Shown here in pieces: positions 20,174 through 29,920 of a DNA stretch of 64,000 nt. The position numbers and the translations under genes were made by a program. Source of the stretch: Chlorobiota bacterium (lineage in GTDB: Bacteria > Bacteroidota > Ignavibacteria > OLB7). Positions within the stretch are counted from its first letter, which is position 1. Each line of letters opens with the position of its first letter. Location of the stretch: the NCBI GenBank assembly GCA_028287785.1, contig JAQBOZ010000004.1, forward strand, positions 47,288 through 111,287, in the 5' to 3' direction. The notes under the pieces are model-generated. The model saw nothing but the letters and a program-made list of their open reading frames with translations, was not told where the DNA came from and did not search any database.

Positions 20174-21019
20174 CTATCGGGTGGCTCCATGTTTCCGCAG
20201 CAGCTCCGCGATCTCCTTCGCCTCGTGCTGTTCCGCCTCTTCGAGCGGGGTTGCGTTGAACTCATCGCGGGCGTTCGGATCGGCGCCGTTGGCAAGGAGA
20301 AGCTCCACCACATCGGCATAGCCTCCGCTGACCGCGCTGTGAAGCGGCGTCCGCCCGTTGGCATCGCGGGCGTTCGGGTCGGCGTGATGAGCAAGAAGAG
20401 TGGCCGCGATATCGGCTGCCCCGATGCCGGCCGCGGTGCAGAGCGGGGTGCAGCTCTGGTGCGCCCGCGCCTCGACGGTGGCGCCGTGTGCCAGGAGCGT
20501 GTCCACCATGTCCTTCCGCCTGTTGAAGATCGCGTGCTGAAGCGGCGTCCATCCTCTCCGCCTGTCCTCGGCGTTCGGCTCGGCGCCATGCGCCAGCAGC
20601 AGCGACGCGATCTCCTGGTTTCCGCTTCCGGCCGCCAGGTGGAGCGGCGTTCCGGCGGCATCGGACGCGGCGTTCACATCGGCCCCCCTGCCAATCAGCA
20701 GGCTGACGACGCTCACATTGCCGCGGGTGGTCGCCAGCAGCAGCGGCGTTCCCTTGTCCGGGCTTCTGGCGTTGATATCCGCCCCCTTGTCCAGCAGCAG
20801 CGTCACCGCTTTCTCCTGTCCCGCCTCCACCGCGTAGTGGAGCGCCGTGGAGCCCTCATCATCCGGCTCGTTCACAAGCTCGGGATTCTTCTTCAGAAGC
20901 GCCTCGATCCGCTTGATATTTCCCTTTCTGGCCGCGTCATGAATCGGCGCCCCCCAGAGCGGGGAGAGGGTCAGCACAAGCGCGATTGCGACGATACAGG
21001 CGGGAAGGGCCTTCTTCAT
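20174..21019 (-). CDS. Secreted ankyrin-repeat protein (paralog 3, 281 aa)
   Basis: The internal ATG at 21019 gives the signal peptide MKKALPACIVAIALVLTLSPLWG, then IHDAARKGN and about 7 ankyrin repeats. The longer ORF to 21214 would overlap the next gene. Confidence 0.85.
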   Translation of the reverse strand: MKKALPACIVAIALVLTLSPLWGAPIHDAARKGNIKRIEALLKKNPELVNEPDDEGSTALHYAVEAGQEKAVTLLLDKGADINARSPDKGTPLLLATTRGNVSVVSLLIGRGADVNAASDAAGTPLHLAAGSGNQEIASLLLAHGAEPNAEDRRRGWTPLQHAIFNRRKDMVDTLLAHGATVEARAHQSCTPLCTAAGIGAADIAATLLAHHADPNARDANGRTPLHSAVSGGYADVVELLLANGADPNARDEFNATPLEEAEQHEAKEIAELLRKHGATR

Positions 21020-21114
21020 GCTGTGTGGATTGATTCTCGTGTGAGATCGACAGACGCCGTTGCCCGGCGGCAGGATGATAACGTCGCCCGCCCGGTTTTC
21101 GATAGCATCGGCTA

Positions 21115-22089
21115 TCAGGCGTTCCGTTTCAGCGCGAATTCCACGAACTCCAGCAGGGAACGCTTCGCCGGGCTGTCGGGAAACGGGGCGATTGCCTCGC
21201 GTGCCTTGGCGCAATACTCGATCGCGGTCTTCTCCGCGTACACCAGCCCGCCATACTGCGTCACGAACTCACGGACGGTGCGGGAGCGTTCCTCCGATTC
21301 CTCCCCCTTCTTGATCAGGGTCAGAATCCGTTTCGATTCCTTCCTGGGGGCGTTGTTCATCGAGTAGATCAGCGGGAGCGTCAGCTTCTTCTCCTTCAGA
21401 TCGTTCCCCGTCGGCTTGCCGATCGCGGCGCCGGTCGAGACATAATCGAAGATATCGTCCCTGATCTGGAACGCTATGCCGACCATCTCGCCGTAATTCC
21501 TGAAGGCGCTCCACGCCTCGCGATCGTCAGTGGCGCTCGACGCGCCCAGCTCGCAGCACGCGCCGATCAGCGACGCGGTCTTGTCGGAGATGATCCTGAA
21601 GTACTCCTCCTCCTGAATATCCAGCTTCCGCGATTTCTGAATCTGGAGCAGCTCCCCCTCGCTCATCCGCTTCACCGTCTCCGACGTGATCTTCAGAAAC
21701 CCGAACTCCCCATGCTCCACCGCCACCAGAAGCCCGCGCGAGAGGAGGTAATCCCCCACGAGCACCGAAACCTTGTTTTTCCAGACGGCGTTGATGGAGG
21801 GGAGGCCGCGGCGTTCATCCGCCTCATCGACCACGTCATCATGGACGAGCGTCGCGGTATGCAGAAGTTCCACCATGGTGGCGGCCACGTACGAGCGGGG
21901 AGATATCCCCCCGGCAACCTCCGCGGCCAGCAGCACAAGCATGGGGCGCACCTGCTTTCCCTTCTGGCGGAGGATATAGCGCACCACGATATCGAGCAGC
22001 AGCAGTTTGGACTGCATCGAATCGCGAAAGAACCGGCGGAACTCCTTAAGGTGGCTGTCTATCGGTTGCGAGATCGTTCCTAAATCCAT
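21115..22089 (-). CDS. Polyprenyl diphosphate synthase (trans-isoprenyl diphosphate synthase family)
   Basis: It has the first DDxxD motif (LVHDDVVDEADERRG) and the second (IRDDIFD). Product chain length cannot be read from the sequence. Confidence 0.9.
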   Translation of the reverse strand: MDLGTISQPIDSHLKEFRRFFRDSMQSKLLLLDIVVRYILRQKGKQVRPMLVLLAAEVAGGISPRSYVAATMVELLHTATLVHDDVVDEADERRGLPSINAVWKNKVSVLVGDYLLSRGLLVAVEHGEFGFLKITSETVKRMSEGELLQIQKSRKLDIQEEEYFRIISDKTASLIGACCELGASSATDDREAWSAFRNYGEMVGIAFQIRDDIFDYVSTGAAIGKPTGNDLKEKKLTLPLIYSMNNAPRKESKRILTLIKKGEESEERSRTVREFVTQYGGLVYAEKTAIEYCAKAREAIAPFPDSPAKRSLLEFVEFALKRNA

Positions 22090-22227
22090 ACGAGCCTGTT
22101 AATGTGCGGAACGCGGGCCGGGAATCGGCGTCTCCGCATTGTCGCGGCGGCGCCGAACCTGTTCAACGGTCCTTCTGTATCGGTCGGCGAAGGAGATCAT
22201 CGGTGTTCTCTACGGAACATCGTGGGA

Positions 22228-23313
22228 TCATTCCTGGTCCAGAACCCCTTCCTCGATCGCCTCCACCTCGGCTTCCTCCCGCTTGCGATAGGCGAGCTTC
22301 GCCACCAGGATGCTGATCTCGTACAACCCATAGAGCGGGACGGCGAGGAGCAACTGGTTGAACGGATCGGGGGTTGGGGTGATGATGGCCGCCGCCACCA
22401 GGATCACCACCACGGCGTGCCGCCAGTAACGGCGGAGAAACTGCGGCGTCACCACGCCGAATCGGGCCAGCGCGTAGCTGAGCATCGGCATCTCGAAGAC
22501 CACGCCGCACGCCAGGGTAAAGCCCAGCACGAAGCTGAAGTATGAGGCCACGGAGAAACGGTTCTCGATTCCTTCATACACAAAGCTGGCCGCGAAGCCA
22601 AGCGATGTCGGAATCATCACGAAGTACGCAAAGCAAAGGCCGATGATGAAGCAGAGGATTGTGCCGCCGGCGATCCATCCAACGTTCTTTCGCTCGCTTT
22701 CGTACAGTCCCGGTTTGATAAAACCCCAGAACTGCCAGAGGATAAGGGGAATCGACAGGATCAGGCCGCTGATCAGGGCTACCTGAATCGAGAGGGTGAT
22801 CTGACCCATCGTCTCGATGTTCTGCAGCTTGATTCCAAGCCGGTTCGCCGGGCCCAGAATGATCTGCTGCATGATGAACTTCAGAAACACGCCGCAGACC
22901 GCCGATGTGACCACAAGCGCCGCAAGCGATTTGATGATCCTGCTCCGCAGCTCTTCGAGGTGATCGAAGAAGCCCATCTCCCCGCCACGGTGCCCTCGTT
23001 TCTCCGGTTCCTCCTCCTCGATCTGGTCAAGCTCCAGCGGCTGTTGCGGCTCGCGGTAGGCATCGTAATCGTAGCCGCCTGCGTATGGGCGTTCATCCAC
23101 GCGAGGTTCGCGAGCGGGCTCATGTCCATATCCGGCGCTTCCGGCATCCGGTCCGCGTTGCGGATCGGATGGGAGCCCGTTTCCCGGCTCGGGGCCGGAG
23201 GGATTGTCCGGATCGTTGATCGGGTCGTTATCGTCTGTGGACATACGCGTATGCGAGTCGAAAATCGGAAGTGAGATGCCGCCGGCCCTCGGCGTTCTCA
23301 TGATGCCAGCCAC
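22228..23313 (-). CDS. tatC: Twin-arginine translocase subunit TatC with a roughly 110-aa low-complexity N-terminal extension
   Basis: The TatC core starts at FFDHLEELRSRIIKSLAALVV and has 6 predicted TM segments. The start is uncertain: GTG at 23313, ATG at 23301 or ATG at 23244. The N-terminal region is Pro/Asp/Gly/Glu-rich. Confidence 0.85.
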   Translation of the reverse strand: MAGIMRTPRAGGISLPIFDSHTRMSTDDNDPINDPDNPSGPEPGNGLPSDPQRGPDAGSAGYGHEPAREPRVDERPYAGGYDYDAYREPQQPLELDQIEEEEPEKRGHRGGEMGFFDHLEELRSRIIKSLAALVVTSAVCGVFLKFIMQQIILGPANRLGIKLQNIETMGQITLSIQVALISGLILSIPLILWQFWGFIKPGLYESERKNVGWIAGGTILCFIIGLCFAYFVMIPTSLGFAASFVYEGIENRFSVASYFSFVLGFTLACGVVFEMPMLSYALARFGVVTPQFLRRYWRHAVVVILVAAAIITPTPDPFNQLLLAVPLYGLYEISILVAKLAYRKREEAEVEAIEEGVLDQE

Positions 23314-23366
23314 GCGGAGCCCGCCAATCGGATCGCCGCGGGCTCCGGCTCATACGCGAGCCGGGG

Positions 23367-24710
23367 TTATGCCACTGCTTCGGCGGGGATCTCCGGGCGT
23401 TCGCCGGCGCTTCGAAGGATTTCCGGATAGAGGGGGAAGCCGGAGCAGAACTCGCGTACCTCCTCCTTGACGCTTTTCTGAAGCTCCTCATTGCCGATAT
23501 CGCCCAGCACGCGGTCGATCATCCCGGCAATCCGCTCCATATCCCCCTCGTTCATGCCGCGCGTGGTCATCGCGGGGGCACCCAGCCGGATGCCGGATGT
23601 CACCAGCGGCGACTTGTCGTCGAACGGGACGGCGTTCTTGTTGCAGGTGATGCCGGCGCGGTCCAGAGCGTTCTCCGCCGCCTTGCCGGTAAGCCCCTTG
23701 TTTCTGAGATCCACCAGCATCAGATGGTTGTCCGTGCCGCCGGAGATGATGTTGTAGTTCCGCTTCACCAGCGCGGCGGCAAGCGCCTGGGCGTTGCTGA
23801 TCACGCGGCCGGCATAGGCCTTGAAATCGTCGGTAAGCGCCTCGCCGAACGCCACGGCCTTGGCGGCGATCACGTGCATCAGCGGCCCCCCCTGGATGCC
23901 CGGCATCACCCAGCTGTCGATGATCTCCGACATCATCTTCACCCGTCCCGATTTCGGCGCTGTCAGGCCGAACGGGTTCTCGAAATCCTTTCCAAGAAGG
24001 ATGATCCCACCACGCGGGCCGCGCAGCGTCTTGTGCGTGGTCGATGTCACCACATGGCAGTGCTCGATGGGGGAGTTGAGCCATCCCTTGGCGATCAGGC
24101 CGGCCGGATGGGCGATATCGGCCATCAGGAACGCGCCGACCTCGCGGGCGATTTCGCCGAAGACCGCGTAGTCGATGTTCCTGCTGTACGCCGACGCGCC
24201 AACGGTGATCATCTTCGGCTTGTGCTGCCGGGCCTTGGCGCGGACATCCTCGTAATCGATCATCCCCGTCGCCGGATCGATGCCGTAGGAGACGAACTTG
24301 TAGAACTTGCCGGAGAAGTTCACCGGGGAGCCGTGGGTAAGATGTCCCCCGTGGGAGAGGTCCATCCCCAGCACCGTGTCGCCATGCTGCAGAAAGGAGA
24401 AGTAGACCGCCATGTTGGCGGAGGAGCCGGAGTGGGGCTGCACGTTGGCGTACTCCGCGCCGAAGAGCTTTTTCACGCGATCCTGCGCCAGCGTCTCCGC
24501 CACGTCCACCCATTCGCAGCCGCCGTAGTAGCGGCGGCCGGGATATCCCTCGGCGTACTTGTTGGTCAGCACGGAGCCCTGGGCCTCCAGCACCGCCTGG
24601 CTCGTGAAATTCTCGCTGGCGATCAGCTCGATCTTCTCGTTCTGGCGATAGATTTCGCCGGCAATCGATTTGAATAGCTCAGGGTCCCGAGCGCGGAGAT
24701 GTTCGTACAT
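23367..24710 (-). CDS. glyA: Serine hydroxymethyltransferase
   Basis: The start at 24710 gives [35 protein letters not shown]. The PLP-lysine region reads [16 protein letters not shown]. Confidence 0.95.
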   Translation of the reverse strand: MYEHLRARDPELFKSIAGEIYRQNEKIELIASENFTSQAVLEAQGSVLTNKYAEGYPGRRYYGGCEWVDVAETLAQDRVKKLFGAEYANVQPHSGSSANMAVYFSFLQHGDTVLGMDLSHGGHLTHGSPVNFSGKFYKFVSYGIDPATGMIDYEDVRAKARQHKPKMITVGASAYSRNIDYAVFGEIAREVGAFLMADIAHPAGLIAKGWLNSPIEHCHVVTSTTHKTLRGPRGGIILLGKDFENPFGLTAPKSGRVKMMSEIIDSWVMPGIQGGPLMHVIAAKAVAFGEALTDDFKAYAGRVISNAQALAAALVKRNYNIISGGTDNHLMLVDLRNKGLTGKAAENALDRAGITCNKNAVPFDDKSPLVTSGIRLGAPAMTTRGMNEGDMERIAGMIDRVLGDIGNEELQKSVKEEVREFCSGFPLYPEILRSAGERPEIPAEAVA

Positions 24711-24778
24711 GATATGTAGCCTGTGTCTCTGTAAATCGTAGTCAGTTTTCGGTTTCGATGCCCCCGGTCCCATGCCTG

Positions 24779-25228
24779 TCAGCACTCGGTCAGATCGTGG
24801 ATCTTCTCCACGCGACGTGTGTGCCGCGCATCGCCGGAGGCGGGGGTTGTCAGGAACGTCAGGACGATCTCCCTGGCGGTTTCCCACTCCACCAGCCGTT
24901 CGCCCAGCGTCAGGACGTTCGCGTTGTTGTGCTCCCGTGCCAGGCGCGCCATCTCGGCCGTCAGGCAGTTCGCCGCCCGCACCCCCTTCGATTTGTTTGC
25001 GACGATCGATACGCCGATGCCGGAGCCGCAGACGATCACCCCCGCATCGGCATCGCCGCTGGAGACCGCCTCGGCCGCGCTATGCGCGTAATCGGGATAA
25101 TCGGCCGGCTCCGCGGAATGCGTTCCGTGGTCGGCAACGTCATGGCCGGCATCGCGCAGAAGCGCCACGATCCGGTCCTTGTAATCCACGCCACCATGAT
25201 CGGCGGCAACCGCTATACGTCTGGACAT
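24779..25228 (-). CDS. rpiB: Ribose-5-phosphate isomerase B (RpiB/LacA/LacB family)
   Basis: Family motifs are [13 protein letters not shown] and [16 protein letters not shown]. Confidence 0.9.
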   Translation of the reverse strand: MSRRIAVAADHGGVDYKDRIVALLRDAGHDVADHGTHSAEPADYPDYAHSAAEAVSSGDADAGVIVCGSGIGVSIVANKSKGVRAANCLTAEMARLAREHNNANVLTLGERLVEWETAREIVLTFLTTPASGDARHTRRVEKIHDLTEC

Positions 25229-25310
25229 GGCCGAAATAGGTTCGAATGAGCCAGGGGAGGGAACAGGCCCCGGCGAGCCGGAAGCATGCCGGGATATTCC
25301 CTCCGGTCCG

Positions 25311-25340
25311 CGAATCTACGCGAATCGGTACGAATCTAAA
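25311..25340. repeat. Three 10-bp phased direct repeats (CGAATCNNNN) upstream of rpiB
   Basis: The repeats read CGAATCTACG, CGAATCGGTA and CGAATCTAAA. They start at 25311, 25321 and 25331, which is 83-112 nt upstream of the rpiB start on the other strand. Confidence 0.45.
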
Positions 25341-25407
25341 GAGAGTGATTGGATAATAAGGGGGATGAATGATAACGAATCGAAAAGGGGAGGGGCCGGG
25401 GGAGGGC

Positions 25408-26391
25408 CTAGAAGCCGGCAGTCAGCGTTGCGTGGTAGGAAAGCTCGCCATATTCGAAATCGCGGCGCGTGGCAACATCGAATCGGAGATCGCGGGTGAA
25501 ATCGACCGGGAGGTTGTAGAAGAACCCCGCCGAGACATCCCCCTGGGTGCTGAACCCGGCGCGAACTCCAAGAGAAAGCTGTATCAGCGGCACCCATTCC
25601 CCCGCGAAGCTCCAGCGTGGCGCGTCGCTGTAGGCGGCGGTCCGCGCCTCCACGACGCCGAGAATGTAGGCGCGTGGCGCCAGATGTCTTGTCATCGGCG
25701 TGCCGCTTGGATCGATCCGCATGGTATCGTTCCGCTCGTCGAGCGAGTAGAGGTAGGCGCCGCCGATGCGGGTGTTCCACGGGGCGATCTCCCTGGGGCC
25801 TTTCATTTCGCCCGCCACGTTGTTCATCGCCAGCGAGAAGAAGAACCGTTCGTCGATATCGAGCGATCCCGAGAGATCCAGCGTGTAGCCCGAGTAGCCG
25901 CCGTCGATGCCGGTGGGGCCGCTTCTGAGATACCGGATGGTGGCGCCCACATTTCCGGGACCGATTGCCAGCCCGCCTCCGAGCGAGAACGCGAGATCGC
26001 GGCTGCCGATGGTCCCGAGCGGCTTCTCATCGGCCGAGTAGCTCCTGACGTTCCCGACCCCGTAGCCCGTCATCCCCACGCTCACCCCCGCGAACCGTCC
26101 TATCCCGTGTCCGTAACCGGCGGCATATAATTCCTGTCCCGACGGAAGATAGGAGTAGGTGACCGCGGCGATGGGGCGTTCCAGTCGCGCCAGAGCGGAG
26201 CTGTTGCTGAACAGGGCTGATCCCCCGGCAGCGAAGGGGGTGAACACACCGGCCATCGCGATCTCCCGAGCCATCAGCTCGCGCCGGAGGAAGCTGGCGG
26301 CATATCCCCCGGCATCCTGGGCACGCGCCGTCCCGCCGGCCATCAGCAGGGCCATCAGCAGGAGGGGCAGGGGGAGGCATAGTCTGGTCAT
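25408..26391 (-). CDS. PorV/PorQ-family outer-membrane beta-barrel (T9SS-associated)
   Basis: The start at 26391 gives the signal peptide MTRLCLPLPLLLMALLMAGGTARAQ. The N-terminal FLRRELMAREIAMAG...ALFSNSSALARL resembles the FLxxxxxARxxAMGGA...NPAGLA signature of the family. The protein ends in F. Confidence 0.6.
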   Translation of the reverse strand: MTRLCLPLPLLLMALLMAGGTARAQDAGGYAASFLRRELMAREIAMAGVFTPFAAGGSALFSNSSALARLERPIAAVTYSYLPSGQELYAAGYGHGIGRFAGVSVGMTGYGVGNVRSYSADEKPLGTIGSRDLAFSLGGGLAIGPGNVGATIRYLRSGPTGIDGGYSGYTLDLSGSLDIDERFFFSLAMNNVAGEMKGPREIAPWNTRIGGAYLYSLDERNDTMRIDPSGTPMTRHLAPRAYILGVVEARTAAYSDAPRWSFAGEWVPLIQLSLGVRAGFSTQGDVSAGFFYNLPVDFTRDLRFDVATRRDFEYGELSYHATLTAGF

Positions 26392-26588
26392 CGGGCGCGC
26401 GTTCGGGGATATTGGCCTAAAGCAAAACAACAGGAAGGGGATTGTGATTCAGTCAACGGTGAGCCGGGAACGGATATTTCATCGAGCCTCCGGGGGCCGG
26501 GGGGCGCCGGCCGAGCCGTGGCCGGTAAACAGAAGGGACCGGGAGGATCGTGTGCCCGCCCGGTCCCTCGAAAAGCATTCGGTGGAAA

Positions 26589-26990
26589 CTATCGCGATAC
26601 CATCACCTTGTTTACGATCCGCTGTCCGTTCGATTCCAGCACCACGATATAGGGGCCGCTCGGCAACCCCTTCATCAGAAAGCGGAATGCCCGTTCCTCC
26701 CCTTTCGAGGCGACGTTGACGGGATGCAGCTCGATCAGCTTCCCGAGGATATTATACAGCCCCACCTTCAGCGACGGCGCGTCGTCCGGGAAATAGGCGG
26801 TAAGCGTTACCGCGTCGTTCTCCACGCGGGTTGTGGCCGTGATATCCTTCTTCTTGGGGTCCGGCTGCTGGCTTACGTCGTTGTGCGCCACATAGGCAAG
26901 CCGTGCTCCCATTCCGGCCGCGCCCGCCGCGACCGAGGAGGCCAGAACGGCCGCTGCAACGGTGCTGAAAAATCGTATGGAACTTCTCAT
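26589..26990 (-). CDS. Small secreted protein made almost entirely of a T9SS-type C-terminal sorting domain
   Basis: It has a signal peptide, MRSSIRFFSTVAAAVLASSVAA. The C-terminus LKVGLYNILGKLIELHPV...LPSGPYIVVLESNGQRIVNKVMVSR is CTD-like. Its start overlaps the upstream stop (ATGA). Confidence 0.65.
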   Translation of the reverse strand: MRSSIRFFSTVAAAVLASSVAAGAAGMGARLAYVAHNDVSQQPDPKKKDITATTRVENDAVTLTAYFPDDAPSLKVGLYNILGKLIELHPVNVASKGEERAFRFLMKGLPSGPYIVVLESNGQRIVNKVMVSR

Positions 26991-29920
26991 CTATGCTTCA
27001 AGACTATAATTGGTAGTACGATGCGCTCACCGGAGCCGGACTCAATGACACAAATATACGTTCCATTCGCAACAATTTCGCCACGCGAGTTTCTTCCGTC
27101 CCAAAACTCCCGTTTCCGTTCCCCTCCCGCCACCTCCGCACCGCTCAGAACCTGACGGACCACCGTCCGCGAGGCGTCGAAGATGGTGATGCTTACCGCC
27201 CCCTGCCCCTTCATCCGGAAGACGATGGCGGCGCCGTTGCTTGTCCCTGAATGATCCCCCGGGTCGAATGGATTCGGCGCCACGTAATTCCCGTCGGGGA
27301 GCTTGTCCACCGCGAAGCTGGGGGATACGCCGTAGTCGCACGACGCCTGAGTTCCGGTTTCGCAACATACCCTGAGCTTCAGGCTCCCGGAAATGTCGTC
27401 GGGGATTTCAACCGGATATCCGAGCAGGCCCGCCGGGATGTTCCGCGCGATGAACTGCCAGGTCCTGCCGCTGTCGGCGCTGAGCGCGATGCGGAGCATG
27501 GTGCAGTTGAAATCGCTCGCCTGCCAGCTTATCGCCCGCCTCCTGGCGCGGCTGTCGGGGTCGTTCGGGGCCAGGCCGAGCGTCCGCATCGGTGCGCTCA
27601 GGCGCACGGTTTGGATATCGGAGTGCGCGAAGTTGTTCGAATCGATGAAATGGAAGAGGACCGTCACATCCTGCTGATCGCCGCATTCGCCGCCGCAATC
27701 GAAGGTCTTCCGTGCCTCGGTCCGGTTGCCGGAGACCGTCACATCGATCAGCGTGTCCCATGTCACCCCGCCGTTGGTGGAGAAGAGGGGGATCAGCGCG
27801 GAGGCGCAATCGACCGATGCGGAGACGCGGATCTGCTCGCCGAAGCGGGGGGCGCTTCCGGTGTCGATCGCGACATCGTGAATCACCGGCTGGTTCACGA
27901 CGAACGGCGCGGTAAGCCCGTCGATCACCGGGACGATGGTATCCTGAATCCGCACCTGATACGTCCCCGGCCGGAGAGCCGATGTCGGGATGATGATGGA
28001 ATCGGGCCCGACGCCGGGGTTCAGCGGGTCGATATCCTTTGCCGGATGATGCGCGTAGGCGATAACGCTGTCAGGCCGTCCCGTCGATTGAAGGGTGATC
28101 CTGACGCCTCCCTGTCCGCCGCCGGGAATTCTGTTCCAGAGCACCTTCACCTGCTTTCCCTGGCAGTAGAGCGCGCTGTCCGCCGCCAGATCCCTGAACG
28201 GGCCGGGCATCCTTTTGCCGACGGCGTAGGTGGCGGTTTCGGTGTTGACGATCAACTCATTGTTCCCATCGCCATCGATATCCGCGATGGCGACGGAGAC
28301 GACGCGCGAATCGAAAGTGACGGTCCTGACCGTGTCGAAGAAATCGGGGATGAACACATTCCTGATCCTGTCGCTGTTGTAGTCGATAAGCTGAAGGACC
28401 GTGACGGTGCTGCCGTTGGCGATCACCAGCTCGCGCCGGTTGTCGGGATCGGAGACGATATCGCCGGCCGCCATCAGACGCCCGCTGAACGGCTGCTGGA
28501 TAAACGCCCTGAACATCTGCCGTCCCCCCACGCTGTCGATCCTGTTCCGCCGGATGACGTAGAGCACATTGTCGGCGATATCGCTTCCATCGGAGCGCCG
28601 CCGTGCCGCCACGATCTCCGCGTCGCTGTTGTTCGGGAAGATCTTGTAGAGCGTATCGTCGGGGAAGTTCGGGTTACGCAGCCGTGGAAGCGCCCTGCCA
28701 TCGAGATCGGCCGCGACGATCGTCCAGCCGAGGTTCTGCGCGTTGTTATCGACAAACGATCCAAACTCCTTCTGCACCCCCGGCTTCGTCAGCAGGATTT
28801 TCGGCGTGCCGGGATTGGCGTCATCATGGTTCTCGGTGATAAGCGTATAGAACTCGGCGCTGTTCGACGCGGTATCGGCCAGCGTCACGATATAGCTGTT
28901 CGCCTCCCCCGGCGGTGCCAGCGGCCGCGTCTCGACATGTCCCGGCTTCCTGACCGAATCGGCGATCGTGATCGAATAGATCGAATCGGACCGCGTTGGA
29001 AGGGAGGAGGGGAGATCGGGAACGACTGTCACTTTCGGAGTGACCGGAGAGCTGGCGGTGGAGAGGGAGAACGAATAACTGAGCCCCAGCCTGTCGGGAT
29101 CGACCAGGATTGCCGGATGTTGCGGATAGGACCGCGGGGCGATGGGATAGCTCCAGAGCCTGCGGCCGACTTCCTGGACCGCCGGGTCGGGGCTGCCGAG
29201 AACATCGGCGCGGAGGGCGCTGGCGTTGGTATCCTTCCCGGAGATCGCCGGGGCGTTCTGGCTGACCGCGGAGATGACGATGGGGTTGCCGCCGGCGTAG
29301 TACGCCGCCACCGGATAGATGCCGGCCCGCTGGCCCCCGGCCGTTGCCGGGATGGGGGGGATGGCGATCTTCTTCTGCGCGATCCCGTTCGAATCCGCGA
29401 GGAATGCCGAGAGCGAATCGAGATTGTTCCCGGACTGCTCCGTTCTCTCCACCCCGACGCCGATCACATTGGGCCTCCCGCTCGGGCGGGGGGAGCCGGA
29501 CGTGCGGCCAAGGTTGAACAGCCCGGTCAGCGAGAGCTGCGCCGGGGTGGCGAAGAGGTTCAGCGTGCCCCCCTTGCCGTAGACCACCCGGCGTTCCACC
29601 GTGCCGTCGGCGGAGAGGATGTAGAGCGTATCGCTCGTGATCCCCACGATCTGCTGCCGCGCGGCCACGGTCCCTCCCTCTTCCAGCCGGAGCGCGCCGA
29701 CGAGGAGGACGGGGGAGTTCCGGAGTTGAGGGGCGCGCCAGCGGATCACCAGCTCATCGGCCGTCTGCGAGAGGCTTGGGGCCAGGTTCTGCCGCGTTCC
29801 CTCGATCGGCCCCATCGGATACCACCAGAAGGAGGTGGGGTCGTTGCGGCTTCCCTGCGCCAGCCCGGTGGCCGATGCCAGAAGAAAAAGTATGTAGAAC
29901 GGGAAATGTCGCACGGACAT
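26987..29920 (-). CDS. Large secreted FG-GAP/VCBS-like repeat protein with a FlgD-Ig-like/T9SS-type C-terminal domain
   Basis: The signal peptide is MSVRHFPFYILFLLASATGLAQG. It has an integrin-like calcium-binding motif, IADIDGDGNNELIV. The C-terminus PNPFDP...ITIFDASRTVVRQV...WDGRNSRGEIVANGTYICVIE looks like a sorting domain. Confidence 0.75.
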   Translation of the reverse strand: MSVRHFPFYILFLLASATGLAQGSRNDPTSFWWYPMGPIEGTRQNLAPSLSQTADELVIRWRAPQLRNSPVLLVGALRLEEGGTVAARQQIVGITSDTLYILSADGTVERRVVYGKGGTLNLFATPAQLSLTGLFNLGRTSGSPRPSGRPNVIGVGVERTEQSGNNLDSLSAFLADSNGIAQKKIAIPPIPATAGGQRAGIYPVAAYYAGGNPIVISAVSQNAPAISGKDTNASALRADVLGSPDPAVQEVGRRLWSYPIAPRSYPQHPAILVDPDRLGLSYSFSLSTASSPVTPKVTVVPDLPSSLPTRSDSIYSITIADSVRKPGHVETRPLAPPGEANSYIVTLADTASNSAEFYTLITENHDDANPGTPKILLTKPGVQKEFGSFVDNNAQNLGWTIVAADLDGRALPRLRNPNFPDDTLYKIFPNNSDAEIVAARRRSDGSDIADNVLYVIRRNRIDSVGGRQMFRAFIQQPFSGRLMAAGDIVSDPDNRRELVIANGSTVTVLQLIDYNSDRIRNVFIPDFFDTVRTVTFDSRVVSVAIADIDGDGNNELIVNTETATYAVGKRMPGPFRDLAADSALYCQGKQVKVLWNRIPGGGQGGVRITLQSTGRPDSVIAYAHHPAKDIDPLNPGVGPDSIIIPTSALRPGTYQVRIQDTIVPVIDGLTAPFVVNQPVIHDVAIDTGSAPRFGEQIRVSASVDCASALIPLFSTNGGVTWDTLIDVTVSGNRTEARKTFDCGGECGDQQDVTVLFHFIDSNNFAHSDIQTVRLSAPMRTLGLAPNDPDSRARRRAISWQASDFNCTMLRIALSADSGRTWQFIARNIPAGLLGYPVEIPDDISGSLKLRVCCETGTQASCDYGVSPSFAVDKLPDGNYVAPNPFDPGDHSGTSNGAAIVFRMKGQGAVSITIFDASRTVVRQVLSGAEVAGGERKREFWDGRNSRGEIVANGTYICVIESGSGERIVLPIIVLKHR

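Noticed and set aside
20174-21214. The full-length ORF start at 21214 was considered for the third ankyrin protein.
   Set aside because: The extra 65 aa are Arg/Gly-rich and overlap the 3' end of the polyprenyl synthase gene. The internal ATG at 21019 yields a canonical signal peptide matching the two paralogs.
23367-24887. The ORF track suggests a 59-aa N-terminal extension on glyA, and similar 5' extensions on accD, panC, panD, acyP, bamA, the FmdB-family gene, the A2M gene and the WG-repeat gene.
   Set aside because: Conserved family N-termini or signal peptides begin at internal ATGs. The extensions overlap upstream genes or intergenic repeats.
24758-25249. Plus-strand ORFs 24758..25249 and 24772..25239 cover the rpiB locus.
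   Set aside because: Their translations are Arg/Pro-rich and family-less. The minus strand encodes a clear RpiB with DHGG and CGSGIG motifs.
29381-29400. GTTCGAATCC resembles a tRNA T-loop.
   Set aside because: The flanking bases cannot form a T stem (TCCCG against CCGCG). No acceptor or anticodon arms are present, and it lies inside a well-supported CDS.
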